From: Carpediemonas membranifera BICM
Taxonomy: Eukaryota; Protista; Fornicata
DNA: 64,000 bases
NCBI GenBank assembly: GCA_019828565.1
Contig: JAHDYR010000037.1
Span: 62,001-126,000 of the forward strand
Direction of reading: 5' to 3'
The notes under the pieces are model-generated. The model saw only the letters and a program-made list of their open reading frames with translations. It ran no database searches and was not told where the DNA came from. Both the position numbers and the translations under genes were made by a program. This document shows positions 1-11,453 of the stretch, in pieces; the first letter of the stretch is position 1; every line of letters begins with the position of its first letter.

Positions 1-1477
1 AGAGCCCTCAATCTCCAACTACCTCCCCTTGCAACCTTCCTTAGCCCATCTGTCACGCGCCTCGTGCGCCTCCGCGTCCCTATCGACGATATCCCCGACG
101 GCGACCTCTTCGACACTATCGCGACCGAGTTCTTCAAGTTTCATACACAAGTTGAAGCTTACCAGTCTATCCAGCGCCTCCGCCTGCGCTCCCTCGAGCC
201 GCCGGCCCTCTTAGCCCACATAGACTTACCATAAGACCCTCGCGCTATGTGATGATAACACTCGCCCCATCGATCAACAGACGCGGAAGCTCTTCACTGC
301 CTCGCTCCCCTCGGCCCTCAAGACTCGCCTCAAGATCGTTAGCCCCGAGACGTTCGCTGAGGCCTGTGAGGCGGCCATCACAGAGCTCGATGACATAGTC
401 TCCATCCGCGCGCAGAGCGAATCTTTCCGCGACGAGCCCCGCCTCGACATGCCGCCCCGGCGCCCTCCGCCCATCAAGGCCAAGGCTGAGCCGACCGCCC
501 CTACCGTCGATCGCCGGCCGAAGTCGGAGCTCATCTGCCACGGTTGTGGCCTCACAGGTCATGTACGGCCCGAGTGCCCTCACCGGGATCACCCCGGCTT
601 CTTCGCGCATGGCATCCGTCGCCAAGCGCTCAACCTCACTGCTAAGTTGGCCGCCCACACCAACAACAGCAGCCCTCATGTGAGCCTCCATTTCTCTGAC
701 CACGTCCCTCGCACCGCCTTGCTTGATACCGGTGCCAGCCTTAACTTCATCCCTCCAGCGCTTGCCGAGGAGATGCACCTGCGTCTCTTCGAGGCCCACG
801 TCCCGCTCGAGACGGCCAACGGCACTATTACCGCGGAGTATACGACCCGTCCCGTGACTATCACACTGCAGCTCGAGCGCCCAGTGGAGGTCACGGCGGA
901 GTTCTTCGTCCTCCCTTCCGCCGGAGAGCTAATCATCGGCGTGCCCACGATACGCGCCGTGGGTTTGTTGCCCGACCTGCTCGCCCCGCGCGCCGAGGCA
1001 GAGTTCGTTGAGGCCACCCCGGTGCCCCTGCCTGACGATCGTGCACCAGCCGAGATCGCTCATCCGCTGATCCAGGACTACCCGGACCTGTTCGCTTCTG
1101 AACTGCCTGGTGTCATCGGTGTTGAGCCTTTCCACATTGACCTATCCGACACCGACGTCGCCCCGTTTCCACCGCGCCGTATGTCGCCCGCCCTAGCTGA
1201 GGCCGTCAAGGCAGAGGTAGATGGGCTCCTCGCCAGAGGCATTATCCAACCCTCGACCTCGCCTTTCGCCTCCCCCGCCTTCACAGTGCCGAAGCGCGGG
1301 GGCAAGCGTCGCATGGTAATTGACTACCGGCGCCTGAACGAGAAAACGGTCCCCCTGCAGTACCCGCTAAGCAACCCGGCTGAGCTGCATCGTAGGCTCG
1401 CCGGCCATAACTACTACACGACGATTGACCTGGTCAGCGGATATCACCAGGTTCCGGTGGACCCGGCCTCCCGTCCT
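1..1477 (+). mobile_element. Ty3/Gypsy LTR retrotransposon gag-pol, truncated inside RT by the outer DNA transposon
   Basis: ORF 449.. has a CCHC knuckle (CHGCGLTGHVRPEC), aspartic protease (LLDTGAS) and RT N-half (SPFASPAFTVPK..RMVIDYRRLN..DLVSGYHQV). It stops being RT-like at 1478, before YxDD. Confidence 0.92.
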
Positions 1478-1536
1478 CATGCTGTTTTTTCTGGTACTTT
1501 AACCGGGACTTTAAGTCCCGGAATAAGTCCCGGAAT
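1478..1536 (+). repeat. Left TIR of element C
   Basis: CATGCTGTTTTTTCTGGTACTTTAACCGGGACTTTAAGTCCCGGAATAAGTCCCGGAAT; its reverse complement is at 63459-63518 with a few mismatches and 1 indel. Confidence 0.92.
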
Positions 1537-1644
1537 ACATGAAAAAAGGACGATTGCAAGAAAAAATGAACGCGCTCAAACAATTAAACTACAGCGTATT
1601 ACGCCTTGCACTTGCACAAGGCATCGTTTAGACATCCGTACAAC

Positions 1645-2417
1645 ATGCTGAAGACCTTCACTCGCGAAGTCAGTGGCATCGCACAAACTCTCGTCGAAAA
1701 ACTGTCTCATGGTTCATCTAGGGTCGGGATAGACTGCCGTGCCTCCCCCACTGGTCCAGTATGCCGAGATAAAATTTCCTGGGTGCGTAAAGATGCGATT
1801 TTTGGGAATTGCTCCGAAAGAAGTTTGCTTTTGCTCGCCAACAAAGAAGGCCGAAAGCAAGTGAGAACATCTGTGTCACATAACAACCTTTGTTCTGCAT
1901 CAAATAGCAGCAAGATTGCATACGGCATCGAGTATTCTCGAGAAAACACTCAAAACTTTGCCTGGCAAACGAAAAACGATCCTAAAAGCTAATTTACCTC
2001 CAATGTCTCCAAAAGTGAGCCGCATGATGTATATTTCTATGATCTTTGTCTTTCACCTTCAGTTCTTCTTCAAATCATCCATACGCGGCATATCAAGCAT
2101 TCCTCGTCGTTTGGTCAATTCTGGCAAATCAACAAAAGGTATCCATCGGCTCAGAAGAGGCTGTGGTGGTAGCCTCGGTCCCGCTTACACCCCCGTGCGT
2201 GCCTTGTGATGAAGAAAACTTGTGATATGGCCGGAATGCACTTTATGACAAACGAATGAAGCGGGCCGAGTTTATCGCCGAAATCAAGCAAATGCGCGTT
2301 AAGCTGAGTCACTTGACTGAAATGGATGACTATTACGCCATTGCCGACGACGTTACTAAGAATTACCTGACAGTTGCCTCAAATTTCTTACTGAAAGCTG
2401 TTCTTCGCTCGCAATAG
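1645..2417 (+). pseudogene. Possible fragmented or spliced gene of unknown function
   Basis: Consecutive short + ORFs, a GTGAGC...TTCAG intron-like stretch near 2015-2062, and an end convergent with the transposase stop. No recognisable domain. Confidence 0.3.
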
Positions 2418-2495
2418 ACGTAATTGACTGTAGATTGGTGAAGATAGTGTAAACATAAAGAACCCTTTATATACATACTCCGATTATCCATCTAT

Positions 2496-4041
2496 CTATC
2501 TTCTCGGGCGAAGATTGTGCCCAGTCCTCCTCATCAGCTCCTCCGCTCGCTGCTCACTGTTGCACAGATTGCAGATGCAGAGAGTCTCATCCAGACCACT
2601 GTCCGCCGTCCTTACACAAATCGTCTTGGCTGTCTCGTCAACAGTGATGAGTTCCCGGATCTCCTCCGGCTCCTCACAGATACCCTTGACCCATCCACTA
2701 AACAGCGCATTCAGCGACTGTTGGCTCGCCTCCCTATCCCAGTTGGGTACCTTAGTTAATAGACGATTTCTCCAGGCGGCACACCGGTCGGCATCAAATA
2801 GACACGAGCAGAATGTGACAGACTTACACTGCCTTGCAATCGGCAACACCATACCATGCTTTCTCGATGAGCCACGGCGGGTGTAGTGAGCAAGGACACG
2901 ACCGACCATTGTCTTCTGAGCCAGGAAGCCGAGAACCCAAGATCGATGCTTGTCCACTCGCAACTGGGCATTGATGAGGAAATCACGTTCGAAGTACTCC
3001 TCAAGCAAATAGAACATCGGAAGCCGCAGTTTCGAGTGAACCTTGGGCAGAACTGACACCACTGCATTCAGATATAGCGAGCCGGTAAACTTGGGAGAGT
3101 AAGTCAGTCTGAGACCATCATTGAGCGTCGTAGCAACCGAGGAGCGACTCGATGGAAGGTCATAGAACAACGTCAAGACATGGAACATAATGAACGTAGA
3201 AAAGGACGCCGCGTGATGGAAATCGATTGTCTGGTGTCACGTGGTCAGAGGAGTAATACAACGCCTGTAACTTGGCTGTAAGGAGTATGAAGGGCTGGAG
3301 TGACTGGTCAAACTCCTCAAGGTGCTCGTTGACTAGTGTCGCGAGCTTTCGTCTGTTCCAGCTCTGCTCGTTGCAGCCAGTTGTCCGCGTGAACAGCTTT
3401 TCAATCTGCTCAAGTGTGTGCACGTTCTGACCAGCGTGTTGAACCTTGACAAGGCCAAGCAGCGTCCAGAAGTCCTTCATAAGATAGTGACTCACATGCA
3501 TGACAGGTGGAATGAACGTGACATCAGCGTACTTTGTGAGCACGTGAAGTGGGCCATCTATCTCGTTGGCATAGGTCAGACAGCAGACATTTCGGTGACC
3601 ATCGCGGGACCCAAACCGTGTCATGTCTTTCACGCCACCAGCGTCACGAAGACGGATGCTATCTGCGATTGTCCAGCGATCGCAACGATTGGCAAACGGG
3701 TCGCTTGCGACCTTTCCCATGTGTAGGGAGGAGAATGGAGAGCGGTAGTATCGTCCCCGCTTGACGCCACTAACAATCTGCAACGCTTTGTGATCGCCGC
3801 AGATCCCGAGCAGGCTGATGACAACACGGCTGCGTGGGAGCAACGAACTGTCACCACATGCGAAGGGGATACCAATGAGCTTGTTCATTAGCCGCTGTAC
3901 ATCATCAAAGAACGAAGGAATGAGCTTCTCTGTGCCCTGAAATGTAAGAAGCGTCATGGGTGGGGTAATCTTCTGTGGTAGGGCTGCTCCCTCGCGATCA
4001 ATTATGCGATATTTGACCGCCGTACAGTCGGCCCGATATCC
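2496..4041 (-). CDS. Transposase of element C, 3' part (RAG1/Transib-like DDE), interrupted by A1
   Basis: Motifs CGDHKAL, PPVMHVSH, GCNEQS, LQALYYSS and FYLLEEYFERDF are shared with the A and B transposases; one frameshift near 3220. Confidence 0.8.
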
Positions 4042-4091
4042 CATACTGTAAGAATGGCTAGAGTCTCCCGGGAGATACTCTGGAGATACTC
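4042..4091 (+). repeat. TIR of A1
   Basis: CATACTGTAAGAATGGCTAGAGTCTCCCGGGAGATACTCTGGAGATACTC. Confidence 0.97.
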
Positions 4092-4377
4092 ATGTGTCAA
4101 CGCTGGTCAAACCTCGCGATCCAGGCGATCTCAGGCACCTCCAGAACATCTAGAAGGTAGTTATAGAAGCATAAAAGACATGTCTGGCGTCTTGAAGTAT
4201 CACATGGTGTCAGTGTTGATAAAAGAGGATAACGCATTTTATGTTGTAAATGTGAAGTGCTCGTTCGAACATGGGATCTTAACAGCGGTGTTTTATAGCT
4301 AATAGCAATGCCCTCTGAAGTTTTCAGCCTCCAGTATCTTCTACTTCCGTATGAATTAATGATTGAATCAAGAGATT

Positions 4378-4484
4378 GAGAAAATGAAGACTTCCCCACA
4401 AAAACCAAACATGGGGGGATAATCCATGGGGGTCAAGTACTATCCGTACATACTCAGGTTCTGTGGGGAAGTCTTCATTTTCTC
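4378..4484. repeat. 23-bp perfect inverted repeat (hairpin)
   Basis: GAGAAAATGAAGACTTCCCCACA (4378-4400) pairs with 4462-4484. Confidence 0.9.
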
Positions 4485-5001
4485 GCATTCGAAAAATCTG
4501 CAAAATTTTATCAACGATGAGATGGTCTTGGAAGATTGTGCTAACAACAGAGGTGTAACTAGATCAACAAAGGATCATGGAACCCTTGGTTTGTCCTAAC
4601 GCCCGAAACAGTGCCCAAAGAGCTCGTGACACAGGTGAACGCCAGAAAGAAATGAAGTTGCTCAGAGTGTACACCATATTGTCCTAGTTCCAATACTTTT
4701 TACCATTTTCTTCCAGCTGCTTTCGTTGGCGAGTTTCATTTTTTTCTTACCGTTACTTCCGCAGTATCTTGCAAGATTCAGGGGGAAATTCAAATTCACT
4801 TTTCCTTTGAGGGCAAAGCAGAATTGCGCAATAACGCATCAATGGGTATGAGAAGCATAGAATACGTATAAAACTCAGTGTAGTTGCTGCTCACAACTTT
4901 TTGGAGGAAACAGAGCAGCGGAAGCCCCAAACCAAAAATCTTTCACAAACTCTTGTGAAACTTGTGAAATGTGAAAGTGACTTCAGCAAAAATTCCTGAG
5001 C

Positions 5002-7555
5002 ATGCACATTGTCATACAGACCTTCATTGGCACTGTCTACGACAATACTGGCCCTCCAAGGACTGCAGAGCGTATGAACTACATTCTCGCTCATACATAC
5101 CTCTCCCTTGTTGGTATTGGCGGAAATACACAGGATCGAGGGCCGCCAGCGCCGAGAATTCCGTGAACTCATCTTGGAAATGGCTAACCAGGGCCTATTT
5201 GCGGACATGGAGGTCGATCCGAGATTTTTCGCCGACCCGCACGACTCTCGACCCTTCTTGCGTGCAGTACGTTCCCATAGAGGAGTCGCCCCGACCTTCG
5301 ATGTCTTCGTACGTGACCACGCGCGTATTGCTGTCACCCACGAACGCTTGCGGAGACAGCACGAGGTCTCAACTGAGGAAACTGACAACTACAAGCAGAT
5401 TTTTGGAGCTTGTTTCTATCCTGATGTACATCAAGTCGGGTTGTAACGCAACCCATGAGCTCTTTAAGCTCATCCGTAGTCTTTCTGCGCGACTTCATAT
5501 GCCAATCATCTCCAGCAAGGCTGCTGATATCTTCGTGAAGCAGTTGCAGGTCAATATCACCAAGATCAACGGCCTGGTTGCAGCGCTGACTAGACCAGAG
5601 GTTGCTTTCTTGGGTCATCTCGTCCCTGTGGAGTCTGTCACAGTCAACACGACCTGGCGGTGGGGCAGAAATGGCACAAAGTCGAGACTCGAGTGCACCA
5701 ATCGCCTAACGGTGGACGAGGGTGTCGATATCCAGCCCCTGACGGACGCGGAGAACGTCATTGACTTCAAGTGGGAGAAGCCAATGCTTGATCTTCACTA
5801 CGAGACGAGCGATGAGGCCACAAGTCATCGCCCTGAGCTCAAGCAGACCCAGGGAGTCACCCTCGGCAAGCGGCTCAACAGCTCCACATGGGACAAGGTT
5901 GATCGAGTCTGGTTTGATGCCGTTCGTTACCTCAAGCAAGCTGTTCGCCACCCGGAATGGCTCGAGTCGGACCAGCCCAACTACGTTCGATGCAAGAACG
6001 CCCTTGGCAACAGGGTTGGAGTCACGTTTAGCCCCATGAAGATCCTACTATGGCTTGACGGGTGGAAAGGGGGTTCTGCTGCCTTCAAGCTCCGCATCTA
6101 CGACCCCACAGGCTTCACATTCCCCAACAAGATTACTCCACCTTTCCGTATAGTCGAGTATATGGGTAGCGAGGGTGATTTGTTGATGGAAGAGTCTCTT
6201 TCTCGCGTCGAGAAGGAGATTGAGCGCCTATACACGAGTCAGATACCCATCAGAGACACTGGTGAGGTCACAATCTTCGACCATGTCATCGTCATGGGCG
6301 ATCATGCCGCCCTCCGCCACATGCTGTCCAGAAAGTCGGGCCGGCCCAACTATCCACACCCTTGCAACACGATTTACCACAAAAGTAAGGCGCTCCACCC
6401 GATAGCAGGCCGCCATCGTCTCACCATCAAGGACAACCTGGACGATAAGACAGCATACCAGGCTGAAGTCGACGACCCGAACCGAGTTCAAGATGTACTT
6501 GCAATCTATGGCGATTTCACCAATGAACGCATGGTGTTCGAGAATTGTAGTGTCATCCCTCTTGAGAAGATCGTCATATGCCCTCCATTCATGCACGACT
6601 CGCACCGTTTACTCGAGCAGGTTGCCCATATCTGTGGTTCTTTCAAGAAGCATCCCACCACCCGCGGGTCCCGCGAGGAGATCATCCAGAATAAGCTCCT
6701 CAACCTCAAGCTTGGCCGTATGTCGTCCATGCGAAGCATCGATAGGACCGTAGGTTGTAACGAGCAGTCGTCCGCACGTGTAAGGATGGCTGCCACGACC
6801 TTAAGAGGACTACGTTGCTCTCCCTGAGTGCATTCAAGATATCATTCGGCTCATTGGCTACCTCCAGGCCATGTACTACTCGTCCGAACCTGTGACTGAC
6901 GCGGCTGTCGCGTTTCACTTCATGGCTGCCGCAGTGGCCCACCTCATTCACGTCACGATTGCGTTCATTCCTAACAAGGATAAGACTTCCATATCCCTGC
7001 TATCAAGCAGCGAAGCGAAGACGAAGGAGAAACCGTGCGCTGAGAACCTCTACAGCATCAGCAGACTCACGACGCAGCCCCTGTGCCACAAGCATCTCAA
7101 GGTGCCGCTGTTCTATATCCTAGAGGAGTACTTTGAGCGAGAGTTCATCAAGAACCAGGAGGTAGCAGCCAAGTTGCACAGGAAGGCAGTCCTTGAGGGC
7201 ATTTGCTTGATCGAGCAGACAACTCTCGCGTGTTCCTTCCTGACGGGCATGCGTTCTTTTTGGTCGGCAGGACTACTCTGTCCCCCAGCTCCAGCGACTC
7301 AAGTGTGTGCGAGTTCACGACTGCTGTAAGGATGCGAAGCATTGGTTTGGTGTCCGCACACTGACCACCGTGACCTTCGAGCCAACTCGTGAGATGATCC
7401 AGACCTTTCAGGAGACTGTTGATGAAGTGTGGGAGTTTGTAGAAGAGCATACGACGCTGACGTGGGGTGAGGAGGGCACGATGTCATGCAGTCTGGCGGA
7501 CCATGGCATAGAGTTAGTTTGCTGCCTGTGTGGAGAGTGTAGCAGACAGAATTGA
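5002..7555 (+). CDS. Transposase of A1 (~850 aa after repairing frameshifts), RAG1/Transib/Chapaev-like DDE
   Basis: LLWLDG (D1), VMGDHAAL (D2), CPPFMHDSH, GCNEQSSAR, PLFYILEEYFERE (E), Cys-rich C-terminus. Pieces 5108-5446, 4971-6827, 6871-7329 and 7307-7555 are colinear with the B paralog. Confidence 0.78.
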
Positions 7556-7681
7556 GGCATCCGCGTGATATAAAGTGATGTAAGATGGTTCCGTGATAAA
7601 TTCATTCATTTTTCATATGTGCCACTTTTTTTCATGAATGGCACATTTCACATTTCGCAGGTTTCACAAAAGTTTGTGAAA

Positions 7682-8639
7682 ATGAACCAAACGGGGAAAG
7701 AATCTTGGACAGAGGATACTCTTGCAGCCCATAAGGCTTATATACAGTACGTAAGACTTTCTGATAAGTCAGACATCATCCCCAGTGTCCGTACGTTTTT
7801 TTAAGCAGGACGTTGCCACGAGAGGAGTTGATGACATCGATCATCGCTTCTTCATGTTTGTTCACCCAGTGTTGCCCAGGTATTTACCCAGATTGGTTGC
7901 GATTCGTGACTGCAAGACTGATTCCATCATTTCGGCCTTGTTGCTCACGAAGGAGTCATACAACACCGAAGCTACTGATGAAACCCCTTCCGAGCTGCGC
8001 CAGGACTTATATGTTGTGGTTATTCGCACGGCATTCTATGCCAGGGGCAATGGTCTCGCCACGATTCTTCTTTCGGTTGCCTCTGCCGGACAGAGGATCC
8101 GCCTACAGTGTGTAAGTTCTCTTGTGCCAGCCTACCAGCGTATGGGGATGTCCATCTCCAAGCAAAAGTCCACGATGGAGTACCTGGATGATGCGAAACT
8201 GGTGACCATGGAGGCAACATACGGCCCGAACAAGTGGACGAAGCTCGGTGAGAGTCTCGTTGCTTGCCATGGATATGCCATGAAGTCCTGGAGGGCTCCC
8301 CCGTCCGTCGACTACGGTACGGCTTTCACTTCTGTGGACCAGGTCCAGCCTCCCCAAAGAGAACCCAAGCAACCCAACCCACCCTGCCCACCAAGCCCTC
8401 GGACAAGCTCAACCGCTACATTAAGCGTCTGAGGAAGAGTGTTACCCCGCACCCGACGCGCAAGAAGCAACGTGAGATAATCATCGCCCTTTACGACAGC
8501 AACCGAAGGGATTTGGTCCAAAAAGATCGTGGATAAGAGATCAAAGATGCGTAAGGATTACCAGAAAGAGAACTATTTCGAGGAAGAGTGGTACCATCTG
8601 CTGTCTGAGAAGGAAGATGAGGAAGAGAATGAAGATTAA
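7682..8639 (+). CDS. GNAT-family acetyltransferase (intron 7856-7891; frameshifts)
   Basis: Acetyl-CoA motif A IRTAFYARGNGLATILL, motif B LVPAYQRMG, and a basic/acidic C-terminal tail. Confidence 0.8.
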
Positions 8640-8659
8640 ATGAAGAAGCAGTCGATTTA

Positions 8660-9346
8660 TTACTCATTTGAGTTGACGTTAGCTGCGTGGAAGAGCAGGA
8701 GGCTCGCGTAAACGGGTATACGCAGAACATCACGAGCCTCTGCAGCGGCACGGGCAGCGTTCCTCTTCTCAATCACAGCGGCGAGGTCCTTGAAGGTCTT
8801 CGAGTGCTTCTTGAGGACAAGCTGCGGACGCTCGAAGATGAGCTTAGAGTCCTTGCGGCACACACTCTCCAGAAGGACCTCTCTGACCTTGTCGACAGAG
8901 ATACCAAGCCTCTGGGCGACGAAGGCGTAAGCGCGGGGGCGGACCGACTGAGGGATGCCGTGGAACAGCTCGCGGTACTCACGGACAGTTGCCAAGAGAG
9001 GGCTGCCATGGTCGACCTCATCTCCTTCGGCGTCCAGGCTGATGAGGGCCCTGAAGCGCTTCTCCTTGGCCTCAGAAGACTCGCCCTTGTACTGCGCCAT
9101 GATCTGCTCAATGCTATCGAGAGAACGGAACTCCGCTTCATCCCTAAGATCCTCCGGAACGAATGTGGGGAGGTCATTGGGGCGTCTGTCAACCACCTCA
9201 TTGCAAATGCGGTTTCCGGTGGCGACATCGGCAGCGGAGATGCTTCCAGCAGCGTGCTCCTTCTCTAAGTAAGTAGAAATCATTTCCACAGCGTTTAGAC
9301 GCTTTCTGCCCTTGCTCTTAGCAGTATTACTCCGTTTCGGAGGCAT
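8660..9346 (-). CDS. Conserved unknown 228-aa helical protein with basic N-terminus
   Basis: Homolog at 48025-48786 (RFRALISLDA/RFKALLSLDA; KRNAARAAAEARDVLR/KRNAERAEAESRDVLR); copy at 39997-40683. Confidence 0.85.
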   Translation of the reverse strand: MPPKRSNTAKSKGRKRLNAVEMISTYLEKEHAAGSISAADVATGNRICNEVVDRRPNDLPTFVPEDLRDEAEFRSLDSIEQIMAQYKGESSEAKEKRFRALISLDAEGDEVDHGSPLLATVREYRELFHGIPQSVRPRAYAFVAQRLGISVDKVREVLLESVCRKDSKLIFERPQLVLKKHSKTFKDLAAVIEKRNAARAAAEARDVLRIPVYASLLLFHAANVNSNE

Positions 9347-9876
9347 AACGTTTCTTCAAGGTGCACTTTATGCTCGCAACGAAATTAGAAAACCAAACGA
9401 AGAAAGGAGAAGAGTATCGATCCTCAAACGCTGGCAAGCATGTTTATATCACTAAAAACAACATCATGAGAGCTCTGTGGCCTCGAATGGCCTGTAATAG
9501 AACCTAAACAACATCAACAATTGTAACTCGTCGAGGAAGCGTTGAGATGAACTATAAACGCGGGAATGGATCAAACAATGGATTTAAGAGTGGCATACAA
9601 GGCCAGAATACCGCAATTATCGTCCGTTGATCCACGTGACCTCCATCTTGGTCGGTATCCAGAGAAAGCCCTTCAGACGCTCGCAACACAACATTTAGAA
9701 GACTTATCGTGAATGGCTCCTTCCATGATGGACCTTCACCTGGACATGCCATCTCTGACATGTCCAATGGTCTCCATTGAGCTCGCATTCATCCCTCTGA
9801 GCATCCGCCCCATGGTCCAATCAGATGCCCAATCAAAATTCTGCACCGAAGTGCCCCGAGGACCTCCTCTGAGTTC

Positions 9877-10044
9877 ATAAGGCTCTCAGAGCCTTATACA
9901 CCAATTCGAAATCGTGTATAAGGCTCTCAGAGCCTAATGAATCTCCCGCGCGCCGTTGCCTACTGATACTGGTCATTTTTCCGCATGGTTTATTAGGCTC
10001 TCAGAGCCTTATGAATTTTTTTCATTAGGTCCTGAGAGCCTTAT
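9877..10044. promoter_or_regulatory. Four copies of a 21-bp palindrome upstream of the OTU gene
   Basis: ATAAGGCTCTCAGAGCCTTAT and variants at ~9877, 9918, 9992 and 10024; the last ends 4 bp before ATG 10049. Confidence 0.7.
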
Positions 10045-10048
10045 AATC

Positions 10049-11423
10049 ATGCAATCGGTTTTCGACTTCTACATGCTCTTGAAGCGTTCGAAAACGTTTG
10101 GTAAGCAGTTCTTTATCTTCTATGACAGCGCTGAGATCAGTCAGGCCTCATCAAACGCGCAGGAGATGATCAAGTGCTCACTTCTTCGTAAGTTCCTTCT
10201 GCCCGATGACAAGATCCTCACCGCCCTTCTTCGTGATCGTAAGTACTTTCCCCATACCTTTTTACACAGATATTGGCTGGAAAACGCTTCGCAAGCTCTT
10301 CAGGTCGCCTCACCTTATCCTGCACCTAAGAGAAACTGCCGAGGCTCAGCTTGAGCTGATCACGACATCGGCTGAGCTGAAGAAGGTCATGGGAGATCAT
10401 GCCTACGACAGCCTTGTCCAGAAGGTCCGCCGAGAAGTGTCTTCGGATCACGAGCACGACGTTGTAGGTAAGTACTCCAAATAACTCCTGCTTATTCAGT
10501 CCTTTCGCTGCTCCGTGAGCGCATAATGCGCAAGGTGAAGCCAGGAAGGTCGGGGGGTCGTCCGTTCGTTCAAGAACAACGCCGAGCCTGAGCTGTCGGA
10601 CCCGGTCGACGTGCAGTTCGACCGGATAAGGCACCTGGACGCGCTTCTGATGGACTCTCCCGTCCACAGAAGTACCCTGAGTGGCACATCGCGCCTCCTG
10701 CGCCGCCATCTTGCCGTGGAACACAACGGTGCGATCCGTGATTTGAAGAGGGAGCTTTGGCGAGCCCGGGCCAAGATTGAAAAGCTCGAGACGGAGAAGC
10801 TTGTGCCCTTGAAGAAGGAGGCTGAGGTCATAGACCTGGATCGGGAGGCTTTGGTGGCCGCAGACCCCAAAGATGACGTCCAGACCATCATGGAGAAGAC
10901 CGCTAAGAAGTTTAAGAACGATACAAGCTCTCTGAAGCGGTCTGAGGTGCCTGGGGATGGCTCATGCATTCTCAGCGCCATGCATCTCATCAGGACTGGG
11001 TCCCAGCCTACTGTTGGTGAGAAGCTTCAGCTGTACGAGGACATCCGATCCTTCTGTGAGGGCAAGGGGTTCGAGGGCGACCCGTTCTCTGAGATGCCTG
11101 GCTCCCCTTTCCCCTGGGCAGACCATGAGGCCATCCAGGCCAGTGTAGAGCTGAGTCACACTCCGGTAATCATCACCCAGATCGACGAGGACCTTACCTG
11201 CCTCTGGGTCCACAAAGGTTGGGAAGATTCAGAGTTCTTGCCCATCCAGGATGCGACGCTGGACAAGATCTTAGGTCTTTGTGAGAGCATGAAGCTCACT
11301 CAGTTCATCGTCATCGAGAATCGTCATGCCTGTGTCTACAGTCTTCCGGACCGCAAGCGCAAGGCAGCTGCCGCAGAGCCCGAGAAGCGTGCTACTCGTC
11401 CGGAGGATGTCACCCGCTCATAA
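10049..11423 (+). CDS. Coiled-coil protein with C-terminal OTU-like cysteine protease (introns 10239-10269, 10468-10499)
   Basis: VPGDGSCILSAM (Cys), WADHEAIQA, NRHACVY (His). GTAAGT..AG introns join the upstream ORFs. Confidence 0.8.
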
Positions 11424-11453
11424 ATGATTGATTGAATTGATATCTCTTCAAGT

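Noticed and set aside
1478-1651. C-terminal tails of ORFs 449-1651 and 63483/63494 (shared FSGTLTGT)
   Set aside because: These are translations of the TIR, not protein homology.
5002-7555. Programmed frameshifting or true pseudogenisation of element genes
   Set aside because: Most breaks are 1-nt indels in homopolymers and many differ between A1 and A2, so sequencing error is more likely. Needs read-level checking.
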